A DNA stretch of 64,000 nucleotides from assembly GCF_006345805.1 (NCBI RefSeq), contig NC_043005.1:83452001-83516000 (forward strand), written 5' to 3'. The notes below the pieces were generated by a model. That model was not told where the DNA came from, searched no databases, and saw only the letters and a list, made by a program, of their open reading frames with translations. This document shows, in pieces, positions 37,001 through 52,000 of the stretch (position 1 is the stretch's first letter; the number at the start of each line of letters is the position of its first letter). This stretch comes from Octopus sinensis. Its lineage: Eukaryota. A program made the translations under genes and the position numbers.

Positions 37001-40000
37001 ACCTCTCTCTTTGCAGTCTCGTTTAGTGCAAGTGAACCATCATCCATGCGGACACATTTCTCTCCTACGACATCACAATTTTCTCTCACACACTGTCTTG
37101 CAACACGAAATACCTCAAGTCTTTGGTCCTCACGGCACAGAACATTGGCAAATTTTTTTTTATCTGCTTCCCCTCTGTTTAAATAAACTGTCTCCTAGCT
37201 TCCCTTCTGGCAGTCTGATACAATTCCCTGCTACCACCATTCTTCCAGTCCTTCCAAGCCCATTTCTTTTCTCTAAAGAAAGCTCCTATTTGGCAGAATT
37301 CATAAACAAACAATAGCCTTCAATTCAACCTGCATACACTACACCATCATATTTATGCACTGTATGATCACTACCTTACATAGGAGATAAACCCTAAGTA
37401 GGGGTGGGGATGGCGTAAAGCCATTAGAAGTATTCATGGGAGACAACCAAAGGATGACAGAGGATAGGAACTTCCGGTAAAGGTGGAGCAGGTGGGAGGG
37501 CGGGCGTACCACGAACCAGCAAATTTAGACAAGAGCATCTGGATTTGTATTCGGTGGAGCTATTAAAAATTGAGTTGGGGAATCTGAGTGCATGTGCTAG
37601 TTTATATGTCAATAATAATAAAAGAGAATTGAAAAATCTTAGAGTTTTCGGTCAGACAATCTATGACAAAATTATAGAAAAATAAGTGACTGTGTGATAA
37701 ACTTGAATAAATGAATGAATATGTGGTGGTTAAGGATATGCGTGAACTAAGGTTATCTTAAGGCAACAGTGAGGAAGACGAAACTATTGAAACTATATTT
37801 ACATGTTTACATGATAATGAAATAGACAGAATAATGAAAAGAACTAATAAGGGGTTTATGATCTGTGCAGAAATAGAAGAGTAGATGAATGAGGCTGAAA
37901 AGACAACACTTCTCATCTGAGCATCTTCTGAGATTTGTATCCTTCGGCCTAAACATTTTACTTATTCTTCCCTTCCCAACAAAAAAATGCACTGGAAATT
38001 TCTCTCAACCCACATTTTTCCCTTCAGACATTCAAACAGGGACATCGATCACATCAGTCCCACTAGTTTGAGAGGGAGGACACTGCAAAGGTCACTTCCA
38101 ACACCATTCACCTACTTCATCTCAAAAACCAATGCTAAGAAAATCATGAAAAGATTCCAGCATATAATATATGCAACACAGCACAATATAGAACCACCCA
38201 ATGTTCGAACCAAGTAGGAGGTCTATGCAGCTGAACCTGTAAAAATGACCAGCAAAATCCCTCCCTCAACTTACATCCTATTATCTTTAACAAAAATATA
38301 AAATAAAAAAAGGACACATTAGGCTAAGATACTTCTAAATAAACAGAAAAAATGATGGTTGAATAGTTTTGAACAGGAGTCTTTGTGAAGCTAAATAAAT
38401 CAACAGTCCAGTGCTGGCACTAAAAATAAATGAATAAATTATTGCAACCTCTGTCTACCCACCCTTCTTATGCTGCTTCTGTTCCCACTCCCATTCATCC
38501 TGTATCTTGAGCGTCCACCTTTAGATCACATCACCACCATTTTTATCTCTCTTTCCAGTTCCACCCTGATTACTTCCACCCATTGTAGTATAATGCAAGT
38601 AACCATGTGGCTGTTCTACATGTGCCATGTGCCTCCTCCTTTCATACTTTAACCACACACCTCCCAGCATAAAAAAACCACTTCCCTCTCTATTGCACTC
38701 CCACTCAGTCAAAGGGAATCTCAGTTTTGTGAGCTATGTAGCAATTCTATTAGCGCTGGTGCTACAAAAAGAAAAGAGCATTCAGTGCAATCCGTAAAGG
38801 GATGGGCAGCAGTTGTAGAAACCATGCCAAAGCAAACACTGGACCATAACAGAGTGCTCAGACCCCTCCCCAGTGGGCAATGCTAGTGTGGAACATGGAT
38901 GTTAAATAATTAAGATGAAAAGCTGATGAATATTGGAAGCCATGGAGACTGCGAGGGATGAAAATGATTTGCAAATGGCACGTACCTGTTTCACTGCATA
39001 TGTCAATTCAATGACTCGTTTTTCAAAGGCTGACTTGTCAATAGTGAGGGTCTCAACAGCTTGTGCTCTTGCTTTACATTCTTCTTTTAATAAATTGCTA
39101 ATTAGTGAAGAAAGAACAGATTGTTTCAAGACATTTTCATGGATGAACACTAAATATTTTTATACACTCATACATTTATACACACACACACACACACATT
39201 TTGGTTCTACACGTAACAAATAAATGAATAAATGTATGCATGCACATGCACACACACACACACACATAAATATATGTTGCCAAAATGTATGAGAAGATAT
39301 GAAAGATAAGTAGAGATGAAGATGATTCTAGACATAAAAAAAAATAAGTCAAATAAATCGCAAGAAGTAAAAGGAATACTAAGTTATGTTTTTGACAAAC
39401 TAAATGCAATTTCAGAAATATTAAATTTTTAAATATCTCATAGAGATATGTATGGTGGTGGGGCGATAGAATGGTTGTATACTGTCAATTTAACGTGACA
39501 GTAGGGGATTACACCACCGCTGTTTAGCCCTAGGAAGCATCGACGCTTCCTGGTGGCTTCGACACATTTTTTCCTGATTCCTTATATATTTACGTAAATA
39601 TATAAGGACACAGGAAAAAATGTGTCAAAGCTATCAGGAAGCGTTGATACTTCCTAGAGCTAAACAGCGGTGGTGTAATCCCCTACTGTCACGTTAAATT
39701 GACAGTATACAACCATTCTAAATGCAATTTGGCATATCAAAAACAAACACACACAGAGAGGTACAACATTGATTTTTTGGCACATTTGATTCCAAAGCCA
39801 TTGCAGATTACTGATTTTTCTGAACCAAGAGTGGTCACCTAGGCTTGCACACTCTAAATTAAATATTAAATTTACTTAAATGATTGAATGAAATACAGAT
39901 ACCTGTACATTAGTATAACTGAAACAGGTTTATTAATACTATACTTTGCCAAGGTACCAGTAAAGTAGTCAGGCAGCTGTGGGGACCTGCCTCATATTAG

Positions 40001-43000
40001 GGTTTGTTTCTGTAGTCGGATGCTCTTCCCATGCGTACATGGGTCAGCTGTAATTGATTGATGTAGATTTTCTATGAAGTGATGTTCCTCCTCTTACCCA
40101 ATCCTCACCTGTTGCCAAGCAAGGTGGCCAGGCAGACTTTTCACAGAAGACAAGAAACAAACAACATTGCTTGTACAATGACGCCCATGCCCATTTACAA
40201 TCATCATATGAGTTTACACACAAGCCAAGAGTTTACACACAAACACACCACACACTCATGCATACATATAACATATACAACTGGCTATTTTAAGTTTTTG
40301 CCTACCAAATCCACTTACAAGACTTTGGCTGGCCCAGGGCTATAGTAGAAGACACTTGGCCAAAGTGTGACATAGTGGGATTGAACCTGAAACCACATGG
40401 TTAGGAAGCAAGCTTCTTAACCACACAGCCATGTCTATACTGTATAAAGTGAGTGATGCTGGGACGAGCACCTAACCACAAACAAACTCAAATATGAAAC
40501 ATTCAGGCAAAATATGTTCCTCCAAATCATCTGGGGTGGTGGAGAGCATAAGGTAGTGCTTTTCAATAAGAATTGGCTAGGGTCATGACAATCCATACCA
40601 GCATAGAAAGTGGACATGAAATAATTATGTACTTCAATGGTACTTTATTTTATTGGCCATAAGTTGACCTTGATGGGATTTGAACTCAGAATGTAAAGAA
40701 CAGAAACAAATACAGCAAGGCATTTTTGTTTTTATGCTCTAACAATTTTGCCAGCCCACCACCTTAAATAATAAGGATGACAGTTTCAAATTTGATAAGT
40801 CCAGAAATTTTAAGGCAGGTGAAATTCAGTCAATCAACTGGTAGTTATTTAGTCAACCCAGAAAGGAAGAGAAGCAAAGTCAACGTAAGCAGAATTTGAA
40901 CACAACATAAAGAACCACAAGAAATGTTACAAAGCATTTTGTCCAATGTGTCAACATTTCTTCCAGGTCACTACCTTTGGTTTTAAGTTTTGCAGAAGGC
41001 CAGCAATTTTAGGGGTGGGTGTTGGTCAATTACATCAACCCTGGTGCTCAACGGGTACTTATTTCATTATTCCCAAAAGGGTCAAAGGTGAAGTCAACTT
41101 TAGTAGGGTTTAAAATTAGAATGCAAGGAGTTGGAAGAAATGTCACAAAACATTTTGTCTGACATGGGCTCCAGCAAGGCCACAAATTTGTCAAGAGAGT
41201 ACTATGGATGAGGATGATAACTTCCATACAGTTACAATCTGTCAAATTCCACACAAAAGGCTACAGTAAGAAACCTATTCCTTAAGTACCATGTAGTCGA
41301 TGAACCCAGAACCAGGTGGTTGTGAAACAAACATCTTATCATGGCTACAGCTGTACTTAAATAGTATCCCTGCTCCTCCAATTAATATTTTTTGGTTTCT
41401 GTTTTTAATAAAAATCAATCACAAGCCAGAGAATTGATAATAATAACATTACAAACCTTTCAACTGTTAGACTTTCAACTTGCTCAAGTAAATAGGCAAT
41501 TTGGCTTTCCAGTTCATTAGTTCGTTTCTCAGATTCATCTAGCTTTTGGGATTTCTCTTCCAAATAAGCTTGAGTTTTTGATAATTCATTTTCAGCAATC
41601 AGAAGCTAAGAAAGAAAAAGGAGAATAAATTGAGCTGATTAAAAACTGCAACACCTTGGAGCAAATTTCATTAAGTAACTTTAGGGACAGGCATGGCTGT
41701 GTGGTTAAACAGTTAGCTCTACAGCTGCACGGGTTCAGGTTCAGTCCCACTACACAGTAATCTGGGCAAGTATACTCTTTACTCTTTTACTTGTTTCAGT
41801 CATTTGACTGCGGCCATGCTGGAGCACCACCTTTAATCGAGCAACTCGACCCCGGGACTTATTCTTTGTAAGCCCAGTACTTATTCTATCGGTCTCTTTT
41901 GCCGAACCGCCAAGTGACGGGGATGTATAAGAAAAAGAAAAATTTCTCCAAGGTGTCACAGAGTGGGACTGAACCCTAAACCCCATACTTAGGAAGCAAA
42001 TTTCTTAAACCATACAGCCATGCTTGCACCTTTATTTTATACTTCCCTCTGTTGACTGTTTCAGCCAAAAATACCTGAGAGAAATGTATTGCTATGCACC
42101 AACATGGAAGCTTCAATGTAATAGGTCAGCCTACTAGAGATAACAGTCAAATCTCCCTCGAATCACATTCTACTGTTTGAAAGTTGGGGTGGAAATGCAG
42201 GAGAGTGATACATTAGATATCGTAACCCAAGATGTCCCTAAAGAGAAAGCTGGTCACAGCTGAAACACCTTTGATCATAGGTCTCTGATAAGGGCCAACC
42301 TGAGATGGAGGAGGATGGAGTGGAGGGTTTCAACCACAGCCAGTACTATGATGCTGTGTCACCATGGTAACTATGTATCTGAATATTTATATTTTAAGTA
42401 AATGATCGCTTATTTTTATAACCCACAGCTTACCAAACATATGACCTTTTGATCAGAGCTAGGTCCCTTATATCTAACTTGCTTCAACTAGAAAATTTCA
42501 AAATCAAAATAACATTTTCATTTACTTAGTAATTATCATTTAACATTTGTCTTCCATGTTAGCATGTGTTGGACAGTTCAACAGGACCTGATAAGTCATA
42601 GGAACTGTGTTATGCACCAATGATTTGCTTGGCATGGTTTCTATGGCTTGATGCTTTTCTTAATGCCAATCACATCACAGAGTGTACTAGATGCTTTTTT
42701 TCATGGTACCATTCCTAGTGAGATCACATTGCAAGACTAAAAGGATGTAAAGTGGCCCCTATAACTGAAGGGGAATAGAAGAGAGTGGGTGCAATTATTC
42801 AAGGCAGAGTAATAGATTTATAATTGTGATAGGGTGGTAGTGGAGAAAGGGAAGGCATTAGTGTCAGGGGTTACTGAAAAAAGGGAGGGAAGAATGGAAA
42901 AGTGACAGATTCAGTGGTTTCTGAGGTAAAAGTGTATGTGGGGTGGGAAATCAAGAACGAAAGCAAATCATGAAAACATGAAATTGGAATCTAACTTTTT

Positions 43001-46000
43001 GATGGTTGGATATAGAGAATAAAGGTAGAGTATAACAACCTTACCAAATGTTTTATTTTAGCCAATTCTTGTGTTGCTAAACCCTGGAATTCATCATTTT
43101 CTTCTTCTTGTTTATAAAATTTTTCTTTCAGTTTCTCAACTTCTTCCAACTGACTTCGTAATTCAGTTTTTTCCTGTTCAAGGAGAACAAAAAATATTTT
43201 CAGTTTTGAACACAAACTTGACATGAGTGTCAAGAGAAAAAATGATGGGATGGTCACAGTTGGAATGACTTTGATTTGCTTATTTAGGATTGGCCTGAGG
43301 CTAAACAACAACAATAAATGTAAGGAATCATACCAGACTAGCCTGACATGTCTCGACAGCCGGGCCTAGAGATTGACCGTCTGTGGCAAAACAGTTTCTT
43401 CCAAGCCTTAAGACTGTTTGATCTCAGCTTTAAACCACTCCTCAACAACAATAAAGAGTAGATTAGCACAATATAGACTCAGTAATGTGGACATGGAGCT
43501 TTTATTAGCAATGCAGATAATAATTTAATTCAGGGCAGATTTCTAAGTAAACTGTTTTGCATAACAGAAGTAACCTAGATTCAAAAACACTATTCTAAAC
43601 TGCCTCTGATTACAATGTTGTCTGGAATAATTACCAGATAAGATGTGGAGCTTTTTAAGAGATTTGTGTCCTATCCAAAAAAAAATTTACCTCTCTTCTG
43701 CTCCATGACCATGAAACTGACTTACAAAGGACCTTTGTGACTTATAATAATAATAATAATAATTATAATTGTGTACAGTGCTCAGGTGCACTACAACTCA
43801 TCTAAAGTGTATATATAATCAGGTGTAGTTTCGACGGATTTCGGAAAGCATGAGGGCCTTAAAGGATGCAGTGTCATGGCAGTCAACAACTGATGCAGGC
43901 AGTTTATTCCACGCTTCAGCAACCCTGAGCGTGAAAAAATGTTTCCGAAAGTCATGGGAGCTGTATTGTTTTCTGACTTTGTAGGCATGTCCACGTGTGT
44001 TAGACACATGGAGATCAAAAAGGTGTTCAGTGTTGTTGGTGTTGTTGTGGGTGATAACTTTGTGGGTGTTTACCAAGTCCGTCGCCAAACGTCGGAGCTT
44101 CAGTGAATCCATGCCCAGGGAAACAAGGCGCTCAGAATATGGTAGGTGTCTGATGGAGGGTATGCGTTTGGTTGCACGTCTCTGGACAGATTCCAGGAGG
44201 TCATGTTCTGTGCAAGATAGGGGGTTCCAAACTGATGATGCGAATTCCAAGTGTGGTCGTACCATAGCTGTATACAGTTTTAAATAGATGGCTGGAGAGC
44301 GGCTAACAAAAGACCTGCTGAGTGATGCCAAGACACCCTCGGCCTTCCTGACAATCTTAGAGATATGCTTTGACCAGCGCAAATCACTGCTGACAGTGAT
44401 GCCTAGGTCACGCTCGCAAGAGGATTTCTTGATATCAGTGTTGTGGAGGGAGTATGTGAACGCAGGTTTTTTCTCCCAAATGCATGGTGGTACACTTGTC
44501 CACAGCCAGTTTCAGTTGCCAGTCTGTGATCCATTGCTGCATTGTGTCTAGGTCTGATTGCAGGAAAGAGTTGTAGACATCAGGATCTGTCCTCTTGATT
44601 TCAAGGTACAGCTTGATGTCATCTGCATATTTCAATACTGTGGCATTCCTTAAATGGGCATCTATGTCGTTAATGTATGCCACAAACAAGAGGGGACCAA
44701 GGACAGATCCCTGTGGTACACCCGATGACATCTCATATGGTGTAGAGTGCTGTCCTAGAACTGTAACTACCTCCTTTCGGCTGAGGATGAAGGATTTCAA
44801 CCAGTTAAAAAGGTCATCCCCCACACCCATTGCAGAGAGTTTCACCATAAGCCTTTTGTGTGGCACAGAGTTGAAAGCCTTAGCAAAGTCAAGGTAGACA
44901 ACATCCACCCATGAGCCACTGTCAGTAATCTGAGTAATGTCCTCAAGGAACTCGACAAGCTGGTCACTGCAGCTGGAGTTAGGGACAAATCCATATTGTG
45001 AGGGTCGGATGAGACTGTGAGAGCTCCAGAAGTTCCAGAGTGTTTCTCTGACACACGATTCCATCAGTTTTGCAATACAGCTAGTGAGACTGACTGGGCG
45101 ATAGTTGACAGGTGATGTGCGGTCGCCCTTTTTGAACAGAGGAATGACACTGGCAGTTTTCCACTGCTCCGGTAGTAGCACCATTGTTGAGACAGTACTG
45201 GAAAATAGAAAGCTGGTGTAAAAGGAAGTGCCTGCCACGTTTGAGAAGCAGGTATGTAACTCCATCGAGACCAGGGGAGGCATAGTTGCGCTTATTTTGA
45301 AGGTGACGTCGCAGCATTGCAGGTGTAAATTCCATAGTTGTTATGGAGTTTGCTGTTAGTGATGGTGAAGATGGTACATTTTGACTTTCAACAGTGAATA
45401 TGTTTGCATAGCACTCGGCAATGAGTTCTGCGCATTCCTTGGGGTCGTCAGTGATCTGGTTTGTGTGAGGGTTGCGAAGAGGGCCCCTGGAGAGTGAGGT
45501 CTCTGCTTTGAGTGCACATATTTCCAGAAACCTTGCTGTCAGGATTGGCTGCTATGCACTGTTCAAATTCAAGCACTGCTTTTTTTGTCACTTGCTTGAG
45601 ATGGTTGGAGGATTTATTCCGCTTCTTCCTGTTGGTGTCTGATTTATGCAACCTGTATTCCCGTTCAGCAGTCCGACGTTCCCTCCTGGCAAGTCGGACC
45701 GCTGAAGTTTCCCAAATTGCCCTTTTGGGGCGGTTCTTCTTTTTTTGTTTACGTGGCACTGATGCTGCACATGCTGCCCATATTGAGTCCAGGGTACTCT
45801 GGAGTATAGTATTCACATCTCCAGAGTTGTAGAATTCACGCCAGTTTGGGTGCTGTAGTTCAGTGTGGTACAGGTTCCAATCTGCTCTCTTCCAATCGAA
45901 GGAAGCAGATTGGAGATGGTTCATCAGGTTTTTGTTGCCCGCAAGAGGCAGATTGGCGATGATCATAGCATGATCAGAGTCACCTAGAGGTTCCTCCGTT

Positions 46001-49000
46001 GTGCAATTGATAACTGCTTCAGGAGTTGTGGTTGAAGAGCAGGTCCAGGTGTTGTCGCCTCTTGTTGGAGAGGTGACTACTTGTGACCAGTTTGAGTCCA
46101 GCACAAGCTCAACAAAATCGTTTGCACTCTGTGGCCAATGGAAGGTCTCCCAATCGATCTCAGGATGATTGAAATCGCCTATTGTTTTCTAGGATTTGGA
46201 GTGGGGGTGGGGTCTACAGCAAAATTGTAATCTATTACAATAAACAATATAGACAAGGTTGATTGTTGTGATGGACATTTTTACCATATAAAACCCAGAT
46301 GCAAAACAATAAGGTTTTGCATTTAAACCAAATGGTACAAACAAGATTCTTCATATTCTGTTACCTGAATACTTTCAGATATTGTTTTCTTGTTTTCTTC
46401 TTCTAATCTCTGAAGATCTTGCTTTAAACCTGCAATAAATGATTTTAAAGAAATGTTTAAACAATTTTTGAAAAACTAAATGTTTTACCATTATTTCCTT
46501 TATTTATTTATCTATCTATTTTCACAAAATAACCCTAAATAGAACAGATGTGCTTAAACCCAGTAATTTCCTAAATGAACTAGTAATAGAAAAAAAACCA
46601 ATGGCTAAATAAAGTTCAGAGTAACGAACTTCTCAAAATCTCAACCTGGTTATTTAATTAATTCACAATGTAGTAATAGTAAAATGTTTATTAGAAGGAG
46701 AATGATATTGAACACAAAATATGTTAATTCATCTCTTATTACTCTATAAATACATAGCTGAATTTAAATAATGGGCATTTACACAATATTTCTATTAGCA
46801 TTCATAAACACCAGGTAAAAATGGAAGTGTCTAGACAATATTGGCCCAACTATAATTCTATTATGGAAAAAAATATTCCAAAATAATGTGTTGCTCTTGA
46901 AGTCACTTTCAATAAATCCCCAGCATGTCAAAAGACGCAGCTAAAAAGGTTTGCGATCAGAAGGGTATCTGGCCATAAAACACTGCCTCGAGAAACCTGT
47001 CCAAGGGAAAAGCAGACAGAGAATGATGTAGGCATTGATGATGAGAGTAATATATTTGTCTTTTGTCACAACGACTGTAACAGTCCACTCCTAATTTGAA
47101 ATCAGATTAATATGAAGAGTGGAAATGAAACAAGGAGGTGATGAATGCTGTAGAATGGAAATGAATTTTTTGTTGTTCTTGTTTTTTTTTTTTTTGTTAA
47201 TACCCACCCTCAATAAAAAGGTATTACTTCAAAGGATAAGAAGTCATTAATATGTCCTCCCTTCTACTGGAAGGGGAGATTAATCTTCCCCTGATGAATG
47301 AATACCTCTAATTCCCAAGCAGAAAAAACAGTTGATCGTAACACTTGCAACAAATAAATAATAGGTTATCAAAAAAAAAAAATATACAAATTAAGGTCAA
47401 CATATTTCAACAATCAACTTCATGAACCTCATAAGTGTTTCAAATTTTGGCACAAGGCCAGCAATTTTAGTTTGTGGAAGTTAGTCGATACCACTGATCC
47501 CAGGTACTTTATTTAAATAACCTCAAAAGGATGAGAAATAAAGTTAAAACCATGGTATGATTTGAACTTGGAACATAGAGCTAGAATGTCAGTAAACATT
47601 TTGTCCAACATGCTGGAAAGAAAAAGACCACTATGATAAAGCTGAAATTAGTGACCATGGGTCAAATATGGTCTGCTTGATGTTATTTCATATGAATGTG
47701 TCCTATAGGAGTTTCGTTGTGTCACAGGTCAGTGAGGGTTTGAAGTTTCTTTTGGTTGTCTTTTTCTGGTGACTATTTTCTTGAGAAAGTCATGATACTT
47801 ATTTCACATATGGTCTGCTGATCAAAGTTTTTGGGCCCACAGCCACCAACTCATGGGTTCAATCCCTGAATTGGAAACTATCCTGTGTCCTTGAACAAAG
47901 ACATCATGCTGCCAGCGGGGTAGACTGGGGCAGCATGAAATGTGACATGCTGGATGTTGGTGTAGCCCTCTCTCCTTTCAGGTTCCACATCCTCAATATT
48001 CCACTGGATCAGGGGTGGGAGGAGCTAAGAGGGTGTCTATGTCTGCTTATGACAACACAGGAACCTAAAACAAATGAAAGCAATATACATTCAACCAACT
48101 CATACACATTCATGAGTGATAGCTATGGATGGATGGACTTATTTCTATGACACCCCACCCACCAAACCCAAGCTTCACTATCACCACTTCTCTCCCACCC
48201 AATGGATGAAAGGCAAATTTGTTGAACATTTGAACACAATGGAGACAGGGTGGAATGAGATTAAAAAATGCAAAGTATGTTGGTTTGGCTCTTGGTTTTG
48301 ACTTTCTATGTTGTCCTTAGAGAAACAGATAATTATTGATAAGCTGGTGCAAGAACATGCTAGCATCAAACACACAACACACACACCACACAAAATAATA
48401 AGAAAGATGAGGTTGTGCACAAACTAAATTGTTGGGCCATTATAAAAATGGTTTAAAAAAACTGTGTATATATTTATAGCAATGTGTATAATATATATAG
48501 CTTAGTTTACATTGAGATTTTGAAGGGTCAATGCACAATACTGAAACACAAAGAAGTAAGTGAAATCTTTATGCCATGCTAAGAGATGAAGATATGCAGA
48601 AAAGATGTAGATATGCTTGCAGATGAAGATTTGCAGAAAAGATGTAGATATGCTTGCAGATGAAGATTTGCAGAAGAGATGTAGATATACTTGCAGATGA
48701 AGATTTGCAGAAAAGATATGTACAGAGATACACGTAGAAAGAGAGGCAGAGAAAGAGTGAGAAAAATATGAACTAGTTTACAATGAGGAAAGGTGAAGAG
48801 ACAGAGTAGATAGAGACTTTGTGAAATAGTGGCTGAAATTAGGATTATTTTTTATTTTTGATGTTTTTACCAACCATTTTCTTTCTTTGTCTCTGAAGCT
48901 TCACGTTTTTCAACAGCTTTTTTACCTTTAATATCTGAAAAAATGGAGCAAGGTGGTGGTTGTTTTTTTTTTCTTTCTCAAAGCTTGCAAACATTTTTCT

Positions 49001-52000
49001 TTTCACATATTCAAAACTGAAGATATGTTATTTAATAGAAGGCTGTCAGTACCATTTTCAGGAATTGCATTAAGCCTGGGATGTAGTAAGTTTGGTTAAA
49101 GGAAGTTTTATTAATTAATATTTTGGCATTTGAAGGAGGGGGGTGACCCCTACCACCACCATCACCACCACCAAAAAGAAAGCAAGGAATTTGTGGTACA
49201 GGGAAGGATAAATGTTATAAAAAATGTTGTAAATAATTTATTAGTAGTTAGAAGTTGCTTTCTAAATTAATGCTAACAATGTTATTTTTCGTTAGATGCC
49301 CAAATTTCAAATTATGAGTACTTTTGCTTCTATGGCTTAAATATTTAAATGGTCAAGTTTACAAGACTATAAATCACCAACATTGAAGTGGTCACAAGAT
49401 GATAGTTGTCTGCAAAGTCATCAAAACCATTGGTCAGATGTTATATTTTATTCCATATTCTATTGAATTTTAAAGTAGAACCCAGTGGCTGACTATATAC
49501 AGCAGGGGCCACTGCTGGTACATTCCTGCCAAATAATCAACATATGCCAATTCCAAGAAACAGTATTTGGAGAAAAACAAAGCAGCCTAAAAAGACCAAG
49601 CATAATCATATTCCAAGAAGATCTATGACAAAGTGGCACCACTCAACAAAGTGACCAAGGATATTAGTGCCAATCAAAAGTATTTGGGAAATGTTCCTGC
49701 AGATGTGCCTAATCTAACAAGAGCATCTATCACTGATGCTAATATCAAGCATTTCATAGCAAACACAAACATGGTGCTTTACCATTTTAAAATTTTATTC
49801 TCAACAGAATAGCATTTTATTACTTTGCTATCTTGATAATTCTATACTTTTCAAGTAAAGACAACTGTAATTATCAGACACCTTATATCTGCATCTATAT
49901 AGCAGCTTTATGAGAGCCTGGAGCTAATGAGGACACAGTCATTATACATTTAGACACAGATGGTCATTTTAATTTAATGCTCTTTCATTTGTGCACACTG
50001 AGTTCTTTTCCAGCCCAGCAAGCTTCCTCAATGACGGTGAATGTTTTACTCATTGATTCCTGTATGAAGCATGGATGTCATTTAAGCAAGTGACAATTGG
50101 ATGCTTGGCATTGATAAGCCTCAATAAAGATGAAATGTGCCTGCCATACTTATTGGTCATTGCTCTGATATATATATATATATCATGTTTCTAACCTAAG
50201 TCTATGAAGAAATTTTTATCTCAGACAATTCCATATCATGCCTTCTAATGGTGTGTATACATTTAGTATGATATACACATATATATATATATACACATAC
50301 AGACTTAAAGAAGTTACAACAATGTTGCCTGAGATGAATTACAAATCCTTTCACCATGCTATATCTTGTTTTTTAGGTTGCATACATCATGTCCTTCTTC
50401 ATTCTAAGATCCAACTGAAAGATTGGCATCATGAAAGGAATCTGGCTTTAAAACAACTACCCACAAACCCATCTGACCCATGTTAATATGGAAAGGCAGA
50501 CCTAAAGCAATGGATGATGATGATGATGATGATAGTGACAACACTGCATACACACACATGCATACATGCACGCACACATACATGCGCGCACAGGATACTC
50601 ATCAAAAGCTGAAAATAATACCAAATTATAAATTAAATCTGTCAAAAGCAATAGTGATTGAGTTGTGGCAAGTTAGAATAAAATATATAAACAAGGATAT
50701 GGATATAAAGAAGTAGATCATGGTATTATTGGAGGTGGTAATAAAACTTGCATTTTTTTTTGTTTTTTTTTGCTGGTACCCTATGCATATGTATAAACAC
50801 ACACAGGCAATTTGAAATAATAATTCTTTCTATTTTAGGCACAAGGCCTGAAATTTTGGGAGATGGGGTTAGTCAATTACAGTCAACTGGTACTTATTTT
50901 ATCAATCCCAAGAGGATGAAAGGCAAAGTTGACCTCAGTGGAATTTGAACTCAGAACGTAAAGACAAATGAAAAACCACTAAACATTTTGTCCTGCTACC
51001 AAGCAGGACAAAATGCCTCTACCAGCTCGCCACCTTAAGCAATTTGAAATAAGAATAAAAAAAAAAAAGTAATATTATCTGGTTGGAGATGAATCATGAA
51101 GTCATAATGGAAAATGTAATTAGACCGTAAGTTAACAACAGCAGGGGATATGTGAGTTTACCTGGCCAAGGGTGTTAAAGTCAACAAAAGAAGATATTAT
51201 ATACAGATGGATACAGCATGACAGGAGAAAAAAAAGGTGTGGATGTGTGGTAAGAAGGTCGCTTCCCAACCACATGGCTTTGGGTTCAGCCCCACTGCAT
51301 GGCACCTTAAGTCAACCAAAACTTTGTGAGTGAATTTGGTGGACGGAAATTGAAAGAAGCCTGTCATATGTGTATATATACATGTGTCAGTGTTTGTCTC
51401 CCTCATCATCACCTGACAACCAGTGTTGGTTTGTTTAAGTCCCTGTAACTTAGCAGTTTAGCAAGGGGGACCAATAAAGTACTAGACTTAGAAAAAATTA
51501 GTCTTGGGGTCAATTAGTTCAACTGAAACCCTTGAAGACATTGCTCCAGCATGGCCATAGTCAAATGACTAAAACAATTAAAAGAAAACAAAAAAAAAAA
51601 AGGATGAAATGCTGCTAAGCATTTTGCCTGGCATGCTAATGATTCTGCCAGTTTGCCGCCTTATAATACTGTGTTATTAATTGTTCACTATTAAAGCCAT
51701 TTAGTCGGGCAGTTAATTATATCAACTTTACTGCTTTAACTTATTTATTTCATCACTGGTTAAAAGCAGTCAACCAGAGAAGGATTTGAATTCAGTGTTA
51801 AGGGGGGACAACCCCTTCTATCATTTATTGACAAAATTGACGTTTTACACTGACAAATGTAAAACTACAAATACTTTGGTCCTTTGTCAATCATATAGGC
51901 CCAAACTCGCTGCTGCACTTTCCAGATCCCTGCCAAGTCCTTCACACCCTATGCCCAATACTTAATTCCCAAAACTGCATCCATCAAATCTCATCTACAC

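Noticed and set aside
43997-45832. Plus-strand ORFs at 43997, 44288, 44595, 44842 and 45512
   Set aside because: Antisense shadows of the CR1/L2 ORF2.
48585-48718. CRISPR array (37-bp repeats)
   Set aside because: Units are contiguous with no unique spacers, there are no cas genes, and the context is eukaryotic; it is a minisatellite.
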